Below, piece by piece: positions 8,790 through 18,177 of a DNA stretch of 64,000 bases (position 1 is its first letter; every line of letters begins with the position of its first letter). Source of the DNA: a virus (Duplodnaviria > Caudoviricetes). A program made the translations under genes and the position numbers. The stretch is taken from IMG/VR virus record IMGVR_UViG_3300042866_001263. One strand, given 5' to 3'. A model generated the notes under the pieces. The model saw only the letters and a program-made list of their open reading frames with translations. It was not told the DNA's origin and did not search any database.

Positions 8790-9247
8790 TTGAATACGCT
8801 TAACTCAACTGTTCTTTGAGCTGTTGCAGTAGTTCCAGGACCACCAGCAGTTACAGTAGGAACACCAGTAGGCGATAATGTACCAGCGAGAGATCCTTTA
8901 TCTCCTGCTAACTGAGTAACACTATCCCCATAAAGGTTGGGAGAAGCAATAACTCCACCACTGACCGACTGAGTGGTGACTGGTGTATCAGCAGCATTGA
9001 AAGTTTCTGAGAAACTGAATGCTTGACCTGGAGTATTAATATTGTAACTTCCGGCACCATTTACGCCACCGAATGTAGTTGCTTGAATATTTGTTCCTGA
9101 AGCAGAATAAGATGCTCCAATTCTTGTTGATTGAACCGCTGCGCCCTGTACACCCAATTGAACGGAATCAGTAATTTTTGATGTAATTTCAGCAGCACTA
9201 ACAGGATTGATTAAGAATAACGAAAAGACGAGTAATAATCTTTTCAT
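8786..9247 (-). CDS. Secreted Gly/Ser/Thr-rich protein (cassette copy 1)
   Basis: Signal peptide ending PVSA-AEITS; paralogue 34119-34580; minus-strand late promoter at about 9272-9278. Confidence 0.75.
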   Translation of the reverse strand: MKRLLLVFSLFLINPVSAAEITSKITDSVQLGVQGAAVQSTRIGASYSASGTNIQATTFGGVNGAGSYNINTPGQAFSFSETFNAADTPVTTQSVSGGVIASPNLYGDSVTQLAGDKGSLAGTLSPTGVPTVTAGGPGTTATAQRTVELSVFK

Positions 9248-9288
9248 TGTTCTATGAATTAGTTGGCAGCTTATTTATCTACTTTATA

Positions 9289-11952
9289 TTATTTTGTGAG
9301 AAATCCCCTAAAAGACACATTACTTATACTTAATGTTCCTTGAAATGGTTCATTGCCAGTTAATGCGTCCCAAATAACAATGGGATCTCCACCTTCTAAA
9401 CTATTTACATTTGCCCAGTTTACATCATTTGCACTGGTTGATTCTACTCCAGTAAAAAATTGAGATGTATCTGCAGTTCCAACACTGTTCCTTAACCAAG
9501 TTCTCACATCTTGCCAAGTCCAAGTACGGTTGTATTGTAACTTAGTTGCAATCAATCCCGTTGCTACTGGACATGCGGAACTTGTGCCACTAAAAGCTTC
9601 ATCATATGAGGTTAATACACTATTAGAAACTCTAGCATTAGCCCCAAAATGAATATCAATTTGACTTGGACTTGCTTCATAAAAAGTTGCTTCATAAACC
9701 ATAGTAGGAGAACCAAGTGTTCCCCCAGTACTATTGGTCCCTTCCCATCTAATTCTATATGTTCTATTTGGAGAAGAACCTTCTGTACCATAATAAATTC
9801 TTTGACAAGAATTATCTGCACAAGACATCATAATTTTTCTGAATGCTGGGTTAGAAAAACTTAATCCATTGAATGCAGTTGATCCTCCACCAAAAGTAAT
9901 GTATGTATTTGTTCCTGGATAAACGATGTTTGTACTGAGTCCAGCAAATTGTATAGTAAATGGTAAAGTTAAGGTCCAAAATCCATCATCATTAGTTCCA
10001 TTAGTTGGAGTTGTTGCAGTGGATGCTAATCCTACAGCACCCAATAAATTTAATTCTAAATCGACAACAGTACCAATACCAGAACTTGTCGTAATTCTTT
10101 TCCCCGTATTTAATAGTAATCGGAAACCACTAGTTCCACTGAGTTCTGCACTGACACTGGCAATTCCAGTGAGTCCACTATCACTTGGAATCACTGATCC
10201 AGTATAAGTATCAGGTCTTGGTTGGTTTACTTGATTAGTTGCACTTAGAGTTCCATCTGCTGGTGCATAACAATCAATTTCATTTCCCATATCACTATAA
10301 TTGACTTTCCATTCTTTGCCAGTTAGATTAAATGCATCATCAAGAGCTCCAATATTGATAACAGGATAAATTAGATTACCTCCACCATCAGTATACATAC
10401 CCAATTGTTGTGGGTATCCTCTTCTGTTAGTCGTATTATATGCAGTAACACCAAATTCCGAATGTGTAGATTCTCCCAGTGTTGCTCCACTTCCAACAGT
10501 ACTCCAATAATTATTGAAATCTGGGTGAGTTTGACTTACTTGTTTTTGGTTGGAGTTCCCTGCTGCAGCAATAAAAATAACTCCGGCATCAATCATCTCT
10601 TTTCCTGCTGTTAATACAGAGTTTGGGAGATGTTCACCCTTCATTCTATTACCATCACCATAAACTCCAACATAATTCATGAATCCTGGCAATGTACTTA
10701 TAGTATAACTGGTTCCTATACCTTGACCACGATAAAAATACCATCCAGTAGTTCTATGAGATGTTGATCTATATCCCCAACTATTACTACTTATTGTTGG
10801 ATTTTTATTTCCATATCTTGGATTGATTCTTTTTGCTTGATGAAACAATTTCATCATGGTGAAATATGGTTCAAAATCTGTACCATCAGTTCCATAAGCA
10901 TTTACTGACCATTTGTTTGCATTATATGCCCATCCTTGAGTCCGGCCAACAGCGTTTGCTGTACACTGAGTACCATGAGTTGTAGTAATAGTTGGTCTAG
11001 CAGAAGAAGAACCATTACAACGAGCTCTCGTGTATGCGGATGTTACAGTAACCGTACCTATTGTAGAAAACCCTACAGATCTCTGCGATGAGTTTGACCA
11101 CCAAGTTCTAGCAACACTTTCTACTGGAACTCTAGTTCCATCCCACCGTAATGTTAATCTAGAAGCTGGCACAGCTTCAAACCATGCTGGATCAATCCAA
11201 TAAGGAGCATCTAAAACAAGATCTAAAAGATCACATGTCCCGTTTGTAGCAGAAGTTGCTAAAGTAGAAAATCCAACCGCTAATGCATTTCTTCCTTTAT
11301 AATCTCTTGGACCAGTTCCTGTTGCATTAGTTTGAAATTCTACATGACCAAACCAACATCCTTCATCACCAACTATGACATCAATATCTGTTCCATCACC
11401 ATATTGTGGAATTACATTGGTTAATATTTGATTTGATCCTGTAGATATGCCCGTATACCACGAATCGGATTTATTAACGCATCTTAGGAGTTGATATCCA
11501 CTTCTGTTTAATTCTGTTGCTCCAGGACTTGCGGGAAGTTGGTTATTATCACTCCAGTTTCTATATTGTCTTGTTGCAGTATTATAACGATTTTTTTTTA
11601 TATATCCCGCATGTAGTTCTTCTGGATCTGGTTTGTACTTGCAAGGATAACTTTCATAATTTTCATGAACATATTCTACTCTTGGATGTTTGAGTAGTTC
11701 ATTTGCTTCTTGGTCTGTCAATAGATAAACAGCCCTAGTTTCACTATGTTCTTTTAAGTCTGCACAATCGCAACATTCATGAGGAATATTGTCTTCTAAA
11801 GTACCATCTTGAACCAAAAGTTCATGGATATATTGCCAATCTTCTGAGGAATAACAACCAACTGCATATAATTTTTTGGCATTTGGATCCGTTGGATACT
11901 CGATACCTAATCCAATTTGATGATCGTATTCTTTTTTGATTTCGTTTTCCAT
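9289..11952 (-). CDS. Subtilisin-like (S8) serine protease, probable virion protein
   Basis: Catalytic motifs DVIVGDEG (Asp), THGTQC (His), AAAGNS (oxyanion Asn), FSGTSSACP (Ser). Confidence 0.8.
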   Translation of the reverse strand: MENEIKKEYDHQIGLGIEYPTDPNAKKLYAVGCYSSEDWQYIHELLVQDGTLEDNIPHECCDCADLKEHSETRAVYLLTDQEANELLKHPRVEYVHENYESYPCKYKPDPEELHAGYIKKNRYNTATRQYRNWSDNNQLPASPGATELNRSGYQLLRCVNKSDSWYTGISTGSNQILTNVIPQYGDGTDIDVIVGDEGCWFGHVEFQTNATGTGPRDYKGRNALAVGFSTLATSATNGTCDLLDLVLDAPYWIDPAWFEAVPASRLTLRWDGTRVPVESVARTWWSNSSQRSVGFSTIGTVTVTSAYTRARCNGSSSARPTITTTHGTQCTANAVGRTQGWAYNANKWSVNAYGTDGTDFEPYFTMMKLFHQAKRINPRYGNKNPTISSNSWGYRSTSHRTTGWYFYRGQGIGTSYTISTLPGFMNYVGVYGDGNRMKGEHLPNSVLTAGKEMIDAGVIFIAAAGNSNQKQVSQTHPDFNNYWSTVGSGATLGESTHSEFGVTAYNTTNRRGYPQQLGMYTDGGGNLIYPVINIGALDDAFNLTGKEWKVNYSDMGNEIDCYAPADGTLSATNQVNQPRPDTYTGSVIPSDSGLTGIASVSAELSGTSGFRLLLNTGKRITTSSGIGTVVDLELNLLGAVGLASTATTPTNGTNDDGFWTLTLPFTIQFAGLSTNIVYPGTNTYITFGGGSTAFNGLSFSNPAFRKIMMSCADNSCQRIYYGTEGSSPNRTYRIRWEGTNSTGGTLGSPTMVYEATFYEASPSQIDIHFGANARVSNSVLTSYDEAFSGTSSACPVATGLIATKLQYNRTWTWQDVRTWLRNSVGTADTSQFFTGVESTSANDVNWANVNSLEGGDPIVIWDALTGNEPFQGTLSISNVSFRGFLTK

Positions 11953-11972
11953 TCTTTAATTATTTAAAAAAT

Positions 11973-14756
11973 TTATGGGACTAAGACGGTACTCAAAACA
12001 CCAGAGTCATCAACAATCAAACGATATTTAGTACCATTTGGAGAAGTTAATATGACGCCTTGAGAGGTATTGATTCCAATTCTTGCATCACCAACAACAG
12101 TAAGTCTTGATGTTGCAATAGTAGTTCCTATGCCAGTGTTTCCACCAATAGTCAAGTCAGTGCTGATTGCAACTCTTGGCGTATTGATACTTATAGTGTC
12201 TGTTGATTCTATGATTGGTGTTCCCGCAGTTACACTATCAAACCTTGAAGCAGTAACTATACCCGTAAACTTACCACTACCAACAACATCAATGTTTGAA
12301 GTTGGTAGTGTAGAACCAATGCCTAGATTAGATCCAGAGTTAATAATAACTGTACCAACACCTGCGGTTGGACCAACACTGATTCTTGTAAATGAACCAG
12401 ATGCTCCGTTAGTACCTAAGTTAATTGTTTTAGTGCTTCCAGATGCAGTAACACCTGCTTGGATATCTGTTGTTTGAGAAACCGTCGAACGACCAAATGT
12501 AATTGCACCAGTACCAGAAGATCCTCCAAGTGTTATGGTCCCTGATGTCTGATTGCTACCAAATACATGTGTTCCTGTAGTATTGCCAGTTAAGTCAAGT
12601 GTAGCAGATGCAGTTAATGTATTTGAAAATGATTGTACTGCAGTGAAAGTCTGAGATAATCCAAGAACTGCTAGAGTATCAGTAGCAGTAATTACAGGTA
12701 AGTTTAAAGTTCTATCCGCAGTAATAGCTCCAGAAGTGATATTGTACTGGAAAGTATTTGCTGAGTTTCTTACTTTTAATCCAGTAGTTAAGAAAGTACC
12801 AATACCAGTTACATTCAGATTAGCTGTTGTTGTGATAGCAGAAACACTAAGTTGTGTAATAATACCAACTCCACCTATGACACTTGTAGAAATTCCTGCG
12901 GAAGTTGCAATACCAGCAGAAGTAGAATAACCAGCGATAGGTGAGTAACTTACATTTACTGTTACTATACCAACAGACTCAGGTGTTACGGAAATTCCTG
13001 TGCCAAAATTAATTGTTCCTGCACTTCCAACTAAAGAATTATCATCATTTACAATGATAGATGTACCTCCACCACCACCTCCAGAAATTAGAACGTTAGC
13101 GATGGAAGAAATTCTTCCATTTGAATCAACAACAATTTGAGGTACTGAAGTTGCATTACCATAAGTGTTTGCTGATGCTCCAGTCAATCCAGTTAAACTG
13201 GATGCAGAACCAATATAAGAAGTTGCTGTAATCACACCAGAAACTCTTACATCTCCACCAACAGTAAGTTTTGATGTTACATTTGTGGTTCCTATACCGA
13301 CACCAGTATTAGTAACTCTTACTTGTTCATTTTCTGCAAGAGTTCCCCCAGCAAATAGGGAAAGATATTTACTTGCAGATGCTGCACCTATTGATAGATT
13401 TCCATCAGACGTATATAAGTATCCATCTAATGCACCGTTGATGGTCCAACTTGTTGTTGTAAATCCAGTATTATTAATACCAAGATCAATGAAGTTAGAA
13501 GTATCTGTACCAGTATCTGTAGTTACAACAATATCACCAGATGCGTTAGTGCCTGAGAGAGAATTCCTTACGTTTAACTGGCCATATCCATTGACACTTG
13601 AAGTAAAATCTGCAATGGCATTTACAAGACCTTGGGTAATTGTAGCACCAATACCACTCACAGTCAATCTATAAGGTGGGTTGCCTGCAGTAGTTCCAAT
13701 GCCTACAGAATCATTGATTGCAACTCCGTTTTGGAAAGTTTGAAACTTTAAAACACTATCATAATAAAGTTCAACTCCAGCGTCATTATTGAAAACACCC
13801 ATTAATGCACCGGATGTTTTCTTTAATTGAATTCCAGTACCACTATCTCTAAGAATTAAATTTCCTGGACTTGCATTATCAATGTAACTATTGTTACCAT
13901 CATGGAAAATTTGCAGTTCATCGGTATCTCCAATTAATAGAGTACTTTCAAAGTGAACAGATTTTTGAAATGTTGAAGCCGCTCCAACGTTAATGGAAGA
14001 AGTAACACCTACTCTATATACATCAATACTTGGTGTTCCAGTGAGTCCTTGAGCTACTGTAGCGATACCAGCAGTGTTTGCATATCCACTATTAGTACTT
14101 CCAGGAACATTAGTAAGTAAAGATCCATCACCAATGAATTGAGTTGCTGTGACTACTCCCACATTAAGGTTTGGTGTTCCAGTAAGTCCCTGAGCTACTG
14201 TAGAGATACCAGCAGTATTTGCATAAGTAGATACTCCAGATACTCCAGATGAGTCCGCGTATAAAGCGGTAGTAACAATTCCAGTGACAGTTATGGATGA
14301 AGCAACTGAAATAGTTACTCTTCCAACTCCATCGGGTCCAGTGGATACAATATTATCACCAAAGTTTAATTCTCTTGCTACTCCTTTTCTGACATTATCA
14401 TCTAATACTTCTAAACCACCTACAAGTGCTGTAACATTTGTAAGTTGAGATCCATCACCCACAAATTGAGTTGCAGTAACTACTCCAGTAGAAGTAATAT
14501 TTCTTACTTCAATGTGTTCTGTAGTTGTAATGCCGGTGTTTAAAATACCACTGACGTTTATTCTTGGGGATCCTGTTAAATTTCTTGCAAGTGTAGAAAT
14601 TCCTGCAGTACTTGCGTAACTTATTAAATTATTTCCATCTCCTATTGTATTGTAAATTTCGGTAAAATTACTATTGATTTTACCCATTGCAATTCTTAAT
14701 GGATCGCCCTGACCATCATTTGGACTACTACCAGTGTTGATCCCGAGTCTAGACAT
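11973..14756 (-). CDS. Tail fibre-like virion protein with gp9/10-like N-terminus
   Basis: N-terminal GINTGSSPNDGQGDPLRIAMGKINSNFTEIY; G/T/S-rich repeats; YAxTAGIxTxAxxLTGxP occurs three times. Confidence 0.75.
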   Translation of the reverse strand: MSRLGINTGSSPNDGQGDPLRIAMGKINSNFTEIYNTIGDGNNLISYASTAGISTLARNLTGSPRINVSGILNTGITTTEHIEVRNITSTGVVTATQFVGDGSQLTNVTALVGGLEVLDDNVRKGVARELNFGDNIVSTGPDGVGRVTISVASSITVTGIVTTALYADSSGVSGVSTYANTAGISTVAQGLTGTPNLNVGVVTATQFIGDGSLLTNVPGSTNSGYANTAGIATVAQGLTGTPSIDVYRVGVTSSINVGAASTFQKSVHFESTLLIGDTDELQIFHDGNNSYIDNASPGNLILRDSGTGIQLKKTSGALMGVFNNDAGVELYYDSVLKFQTFQNGVAINDSVGIGTTAGNPPYRLTVSGIGATITQGLVNAIADFTSSVNGYGQLNVRNSLSGTNASGDIVVTTDTGTDTSNFIDLGINNTGFTTTSWTINGALDGYLYTSDGNLSIGAASASKYLSLFAGGTLAENEQVRVTNTGVGIGTTNVTSKLTVGGDVRVSGVITATSYIGSASSLTGLTGASANTYGNATSVPQIVVDSNGRISSIANVLISGGGGGGTSIIVNDDNSLVGSAGTINFGTGISVTPESVGIVTVNVSYSPIAGYSTSAGIATSAGISTSVIGGVGIITQLSVSAITTTANLNVTGIGTFLTTGLKVRNSANTFQYNITSGAITADRTLNLPVITATDTLAVLGLSQTFTAVQSFSNTLTASATLDLTGNTTGTHVFGSNQTSGTITLGGSSGTGAITFGRSTVSQTTDIQAGVTASGSTKTINLGTNGASGSFTRISVGPTAGVGTVIINSGSNLGIGSTLPTSNIDVVGSGKFTGIVTASRFDSVTAGTPIIESTDTISINTPRVAISTDLTIGGNTGIGTTIATSRLTVVGDARIGINTSQGVILTSPNGTKYRLIVDDSGVLSTVLVP

Positions 14757-14828
14757 TAATTTTCCTCAGTCTTTCCCTATTTTTATATTTATTGATGCTT
14801 ATAACTAGTAATAGAATTATTTGCAGTC

Positions 14829-15266
14829 ATGCAATTCAACTTTCAATTTGATAAAAAGAGACCAGATAAAAAACAACTTATTATAGTTGGAGTTGTAATA
14901 TCAACTATAATCGCAACACTCTCCCAGTGTTCGGGAGTTTCTGAGAATAGACTTTGGGACTTATTGGATGAACTTCAGAGAAAGTATTTTCCACAAACTA
15001 TTCTTAATGACATTATACTTCAAGATCCAGACAAAGTAAATCGTAGAGTTGGTAGAGATATTGATAAGGCTATACGAGATGTAGAAAAAGAATATGATAG
15101 GATTATTGCAGAGTCAGATAGAAAATATAAACCACGATACCTTGAAGAGAAGAACGATGAGTCTTTATGTTACTCGGAGGATTGCAAAAAACTTGCACCA
15201 CCAATCAGAATGTGTTCTCCAGTTTTTGAGAGAACGGATTGTTCCCAGAAACCTGAAGATAAATAA
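14829..15266 (+). CDS. Hypothetical membrane-anchored phage protein
   Basis: ORF with N-terminal hydrophobic segment and a C-terminal Cys cluster. Confidence 0.55.
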   Translation: MQFNFQFDKKRPDKKQLIIVGVVISTIIATLSQCSGVSENRLWDLLDELQRKYFPQTILNDIILQDPDKVNRRVGRDIDKAIRDVEKEYDRIIAESDRKYKPRYLEEKNDESLCYSEDCKKLAPPIRMCSPVFERTDCSQKPEDK

Positions 15267-15300
15267 ATAGAATTATAAAAGTACTTTTTATCGTAGACAA

Positions 15301-16566
15301 ATGAGAGCAGAAGAAGTCAAGGGCCTCATGGAGGCATATTCGCATGTTTATGAGACCCCTGAGGTTTCTGACGAACAAATTTTTGAAGATTGGATGTATT
15401 CATTTGTAGAAGAAGGATATGATTTAAGTGAGTTTGATTGGGACTCTTCTTATGATGAAACTCTTGATGAAGCATTTGGATCTGAATTTGTCCAAAGAGG
15501 TGGTATTGCTGGAGCTCTTGGTAGAGCACAAGCAAGAGCAAAACAAGACGGAGGTGCTTCCAATAGAGCTTGGTTAGGAAATAAAGTTAAAGGTTTCTTT
15601 GATGCACAATCCCGTTTTGTCCAAAGAGGTGGTATTGCTGGAGCTCTTGGTAGAGCACAAGCAAGAGCAAAACAAGATGGAGGTGCTTCCAATAGAGCTT
15701 GGTTAGCAAATAAACTTGGTTTTGGTGGTTCCAACAAACCTGCTGCTAAACCAGCAACACCCGCTAAACCTGCTGCTAAACCTGCTGCTCCTGCAGCTGC
15801 TGCTAAACCTGCTGCACCTGCAGCTTCTGCTAAACCTGCTGCTAAACCTGCTGCTCCTGCAGCTGCTGCTAAACCTGCTGCAACTTCTGCTGCTAAACCT
15901 TCTGCACCAACATCTCCTGCAGCTAAACCCATGTCTGCGATGGACCAGTGGGCAAAAGCAAATCCAAAACTTGCTCAAGCTCAAAAAATTAGACAACAAG
16001 GTGGTTCAAGAGCGGAAGTTAATAAAGTTCTTTATGATAAAGGAACCGCAGCTGCTGAAAAAACTCCTACGGTAGTAAAGGCTGGTGTAGACATCTTCGA
16101 TCTAGTCAAAGGTCACCTTCTAGATGAGGGCTATGCGGACTCTGAGGACGCTGCAATGGTCATCATGGTCAATATGAGTGAAGAGTGGAGAGAGTCTATT
16201 CTAGAGTCTTATAACGTCGAACTTGGTGAATCATCAAAAACAGATGATGCTACAAGAGCACGCATTAAAATGTTTGCTGGTAAGAAAGGAATTTCATTCG
16301 AACCTGGACCAAGATGGGATGCTTCTGCTAATCGTGGAAAGGGTGCTCACTTATCTGATAAACAAGTAGAGAAACAAAGAAGAAAGAAACTTCGTTCAGA
16401 AGAATATATGGATGAAGCCCAAGGAGCTCGTGAAAACCCAGAAGATCATGATAAGGAAGAAAAGAAAAAGTATGAAAAAGTTCGTGGAGAAAAGACCCCT
16501 ATGCCACCAAGAGGTGATAAGCGTAGAGAAGATTTTGAGAAGTGGTATCGTGCTAATGTTCGTTGA
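15301..16566 (+). CDS. Acidic/low-complexity protein with KPAA repeats, possible internal head protein
   Basis: LMEAYSHVY N-terminus, internal duplication, AKPAA repeats; late promoter ATAAATA about 15260-15268. Confidence 0.6.
   Translation: MRAEEVKGLMEAYSHVYETPEVSDEQIFEDWMYSFVEEGYDLSEFDWDSSYDETLDEAFGSEFVQRGGIAGALGRAQARAKQDGGASNRAWLGNKVKGFFDAQSRFVQRGGIAGALGRAQARAKQDGGASNRAWLANKLGFGGSNKPAAKPATPAKPAAKPAAPAAAAKPAAPAASAKPAAKPAAPAAAAKPAATSAAKPSAPTSPAAKPMSAMDQWAKANPKLAQAQKIRQQGGSRAEVNKVLYDKGTAAAEKTPTVVKAGVDIFDLVKGHLLDEGYADSEDAAMVIMVNMSEEWRESILESYNVELGESSKTDDATRARIKMFAGKKGISFEPGPRWDASANRGKGAHLSDKQVEKQRRKKLRSEEYMDEAQGARENPEDHDKEEKKKYEKVRGEKTPMPPRGDKRREDFEKWYRANVR
15487..15706 (+). repeat. 91-bp direct repeat (15487-15577 and 15616-15706), one synonymous mismatch
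   Basis: Read directly; encodes FVQRGGIAGALGRAQARAKQDGGASNRAWL twice. Confidence 0.9.
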
Positions 16567-16586
16567 GAACAATTAAAATATAACCC

Positions 16587-16609
16587 AGGGGGGATATCCC
16601 CCCTTTTTT
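16587..16609 (+). terminator. Intrinsic terminator
   Basis: GGGGGG-ATAT-CCCCCC followed by T6. Confidence 0.85.
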
Positions 16610-16651
16610 AATGTTCGGATAAATAAGTCTAAGTGATTCAAAAAACTTTTA

Positions 16652-16756
16652 ATGATTAGAAAACTTTGGAATCTTATTTCTGACTGGAAAAAAGAAAGAG
16701 ATTTTACTAAAAGACTTAAAAAACTTCAAAAAAGAGATCCGTTTATTTACAAGTGA
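16652..16756 (+). CDS. 34-aa micro-protein ending DPFIYK (copy 2), not in ORF track
   Basis: MIRKLWNLISDWKKERDFTKRLKKLQKRDPFIYK*; its TGA overlaps the GTG of the carbamoyltransferase; late promoter ATAAATA about 16618-16626. Confidence 0.7.
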   Translation: MIRKLWNLISDWKKERDFTKRLKKLQKRDPFIYK

Positions 16757-18177
16757 TTACCTGGGGAATATCTTCCGAAAGTCATAATGCTGCACTTTCT
16801 GTATTCATGAATGACACTCTCATTTTCGCTAGTGAAAGTGAGAGGTTTAGTGGTGTCAAGAATGATCACCAATTAAATGATGGTATAATTGAATATGCAT
16901 TAAAGTTTGGAAAACCAGAACTGGTCTGTTGGTATGAGAACCCGTATAAGAAAACACTTAGACAACTTCTTGCGGGTCAAGGATGGATCCAAAACGTCAA
17001 GAAGTATGTTGATGCTCCAATCAAGTATTATGATCACCATTATACTCATGCTTGTGCTGGTTATTTCACCAGCAAGTTTGATGAATGTTGTGTGGTGGTT
17101 ATTGACGCTATAGGTGAATTCCAAACACTTACTATCTGGGAAGCGAAAGGTAGTAACCTAAAACTAAAATTTCAACGTAGATATCCGCACAGCATCGGAC
17201 TTTGGTACTCTGCAATGACCCAAAGGTGTGGATTGAAACCAAATGAAGAAGAATATATCCTCATGGGCATGTCTGCTTACGGTGATAAGAGACGTTATGA
17301 GGATGCAATCTATGATGATTTTATAGGATGGAGAACGGCAACATTTAATAAAAACTTACATAAAGGTTGTAAGGATTGGAGACCAGATATTAAGAATACT
17401 TTTGATATTGCTGCCGCAACTCAAAGTATCTACGAAACAACATTTAGAGATATTTTACAGAGAGCATCTAATATTGTTGATAGTAAGAACTTGGTCTTGA
17501 TGGGTGGATGTGCATTGAACTGTGTTGCAAATCCAATTGCATATTATTACTTTGATAATGTGTGGATTATGCCTGCACCTGGAGACAATGGATCTGCGAT
17601 TGGTGCTGTACTTGCACATAAGAAGAAACATATTGATTGGCATGGTCCATATCTTGGTTATCATATAAAACCAGTTGCATCAAACGAAGAGATTGTTAAT
17701 CACTTGATGGATCATGGTCTCTGTGGAGTTGCAAGAGGTCGTGCAGAGTTTGGTCCTAGAGCATTAGGTAATCGAAGTTTGTTTGCTGATCCTAGAGATC
17801 AAAAGATTAAATCAATGGTCAACCGTATAAAACAAAGACAACAGTTTAGACCATTCGCTCCTGTGATTATGGAAGAATATGTTCATCAGTACTTTAGAAT
17901 GCCTACAAGTTCTTCACCATATATGCAATATGCGGTGAAATGTAGATACTCTAAAAAGTTTCCTGCAATTGTTCATATAGATAAGACAAGCAGAGTTCAA
18001 ACTATTAATAGACATCAAAACGCAGAACTCTATGATCTTTTGAAATTGTGGAACGAGAAAACTGGTTGTCCTATGTTACTGAATACCAGTTTGAATGTTA
18101 AAGGAAAACCAATGGTAAATGATGAGAAAGATTGTAAGGAATGGGAAGAGACTTACGGAGTTAAGGTGTTTTCATGA
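16753..18177 (+). CDS. Carbamoyltransferase (NodU/CmcH/TobZ family)
   Basis: SHNAA..SERFSGVKND, DHHYTHA, VIDAIGE, GGCALNC, GRAEFGPRALGNRS, LLNTSLN. Confidence 0.92.
   Translation: MITWGISSESHNAALSVFMNDTLIFASESERFSGVKNDHQLNDGIIEYALKFGKPELVCWYENPYKKTLRQLLAGQGWIQNVKKYVDAPIKYYDHHYTHACAGYFTSKFDECCVVVIDAIGEFQTLTIWEAKGSNLKLKFQRRYPHSIGLWYSAMTQRCGLKPNEEEYILMGMSAYGDKRRYEDAIYDDFIGWRTATFNKNLHKGCKDWRPDIKNTFDIAAATQSIYETTFRDILQRASNIVDSKNLVLMGGCALNCVANPIAYYYFDNVWIMPAPGDNGSAIGAVLAHKKKHIDWHGPYLGYHIKPVASNEEIVNHLMDHGLCGVARGRAEFGPRALGNRSLFADPRDQKIKSMVNRIKQRQQFRPFAPVIMEEYVHQYFRMPTSSSPYMQYAVKCRYSKKFPAIVHIDKTSRVQTINRHQNAELYDLLKLWNEKTGCPMLLNTSLNVKGKPMVNDEKDCKEWEETYGVKVFS

Noticed and set aside
7037-8793. Alternative ORFs over the duplicated cassette (7037-7246, 7357-7611, 7738-8043, 8587-8793)
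   Set aside because: They overlap better-supported genes whose protein sequence, not these frames, is conserved in the second copy.
11590-11601. Nine-base homopolymer in the S8 protease gene as a phase-variation switch
   Set aside because: The frame is intact, and such runs are expected in AT-rich DNA.
15450-16075. Low-complexity ORFs in other frames of the KPAA repeat
   Set aside because: Stop-free by-products of the repeat.
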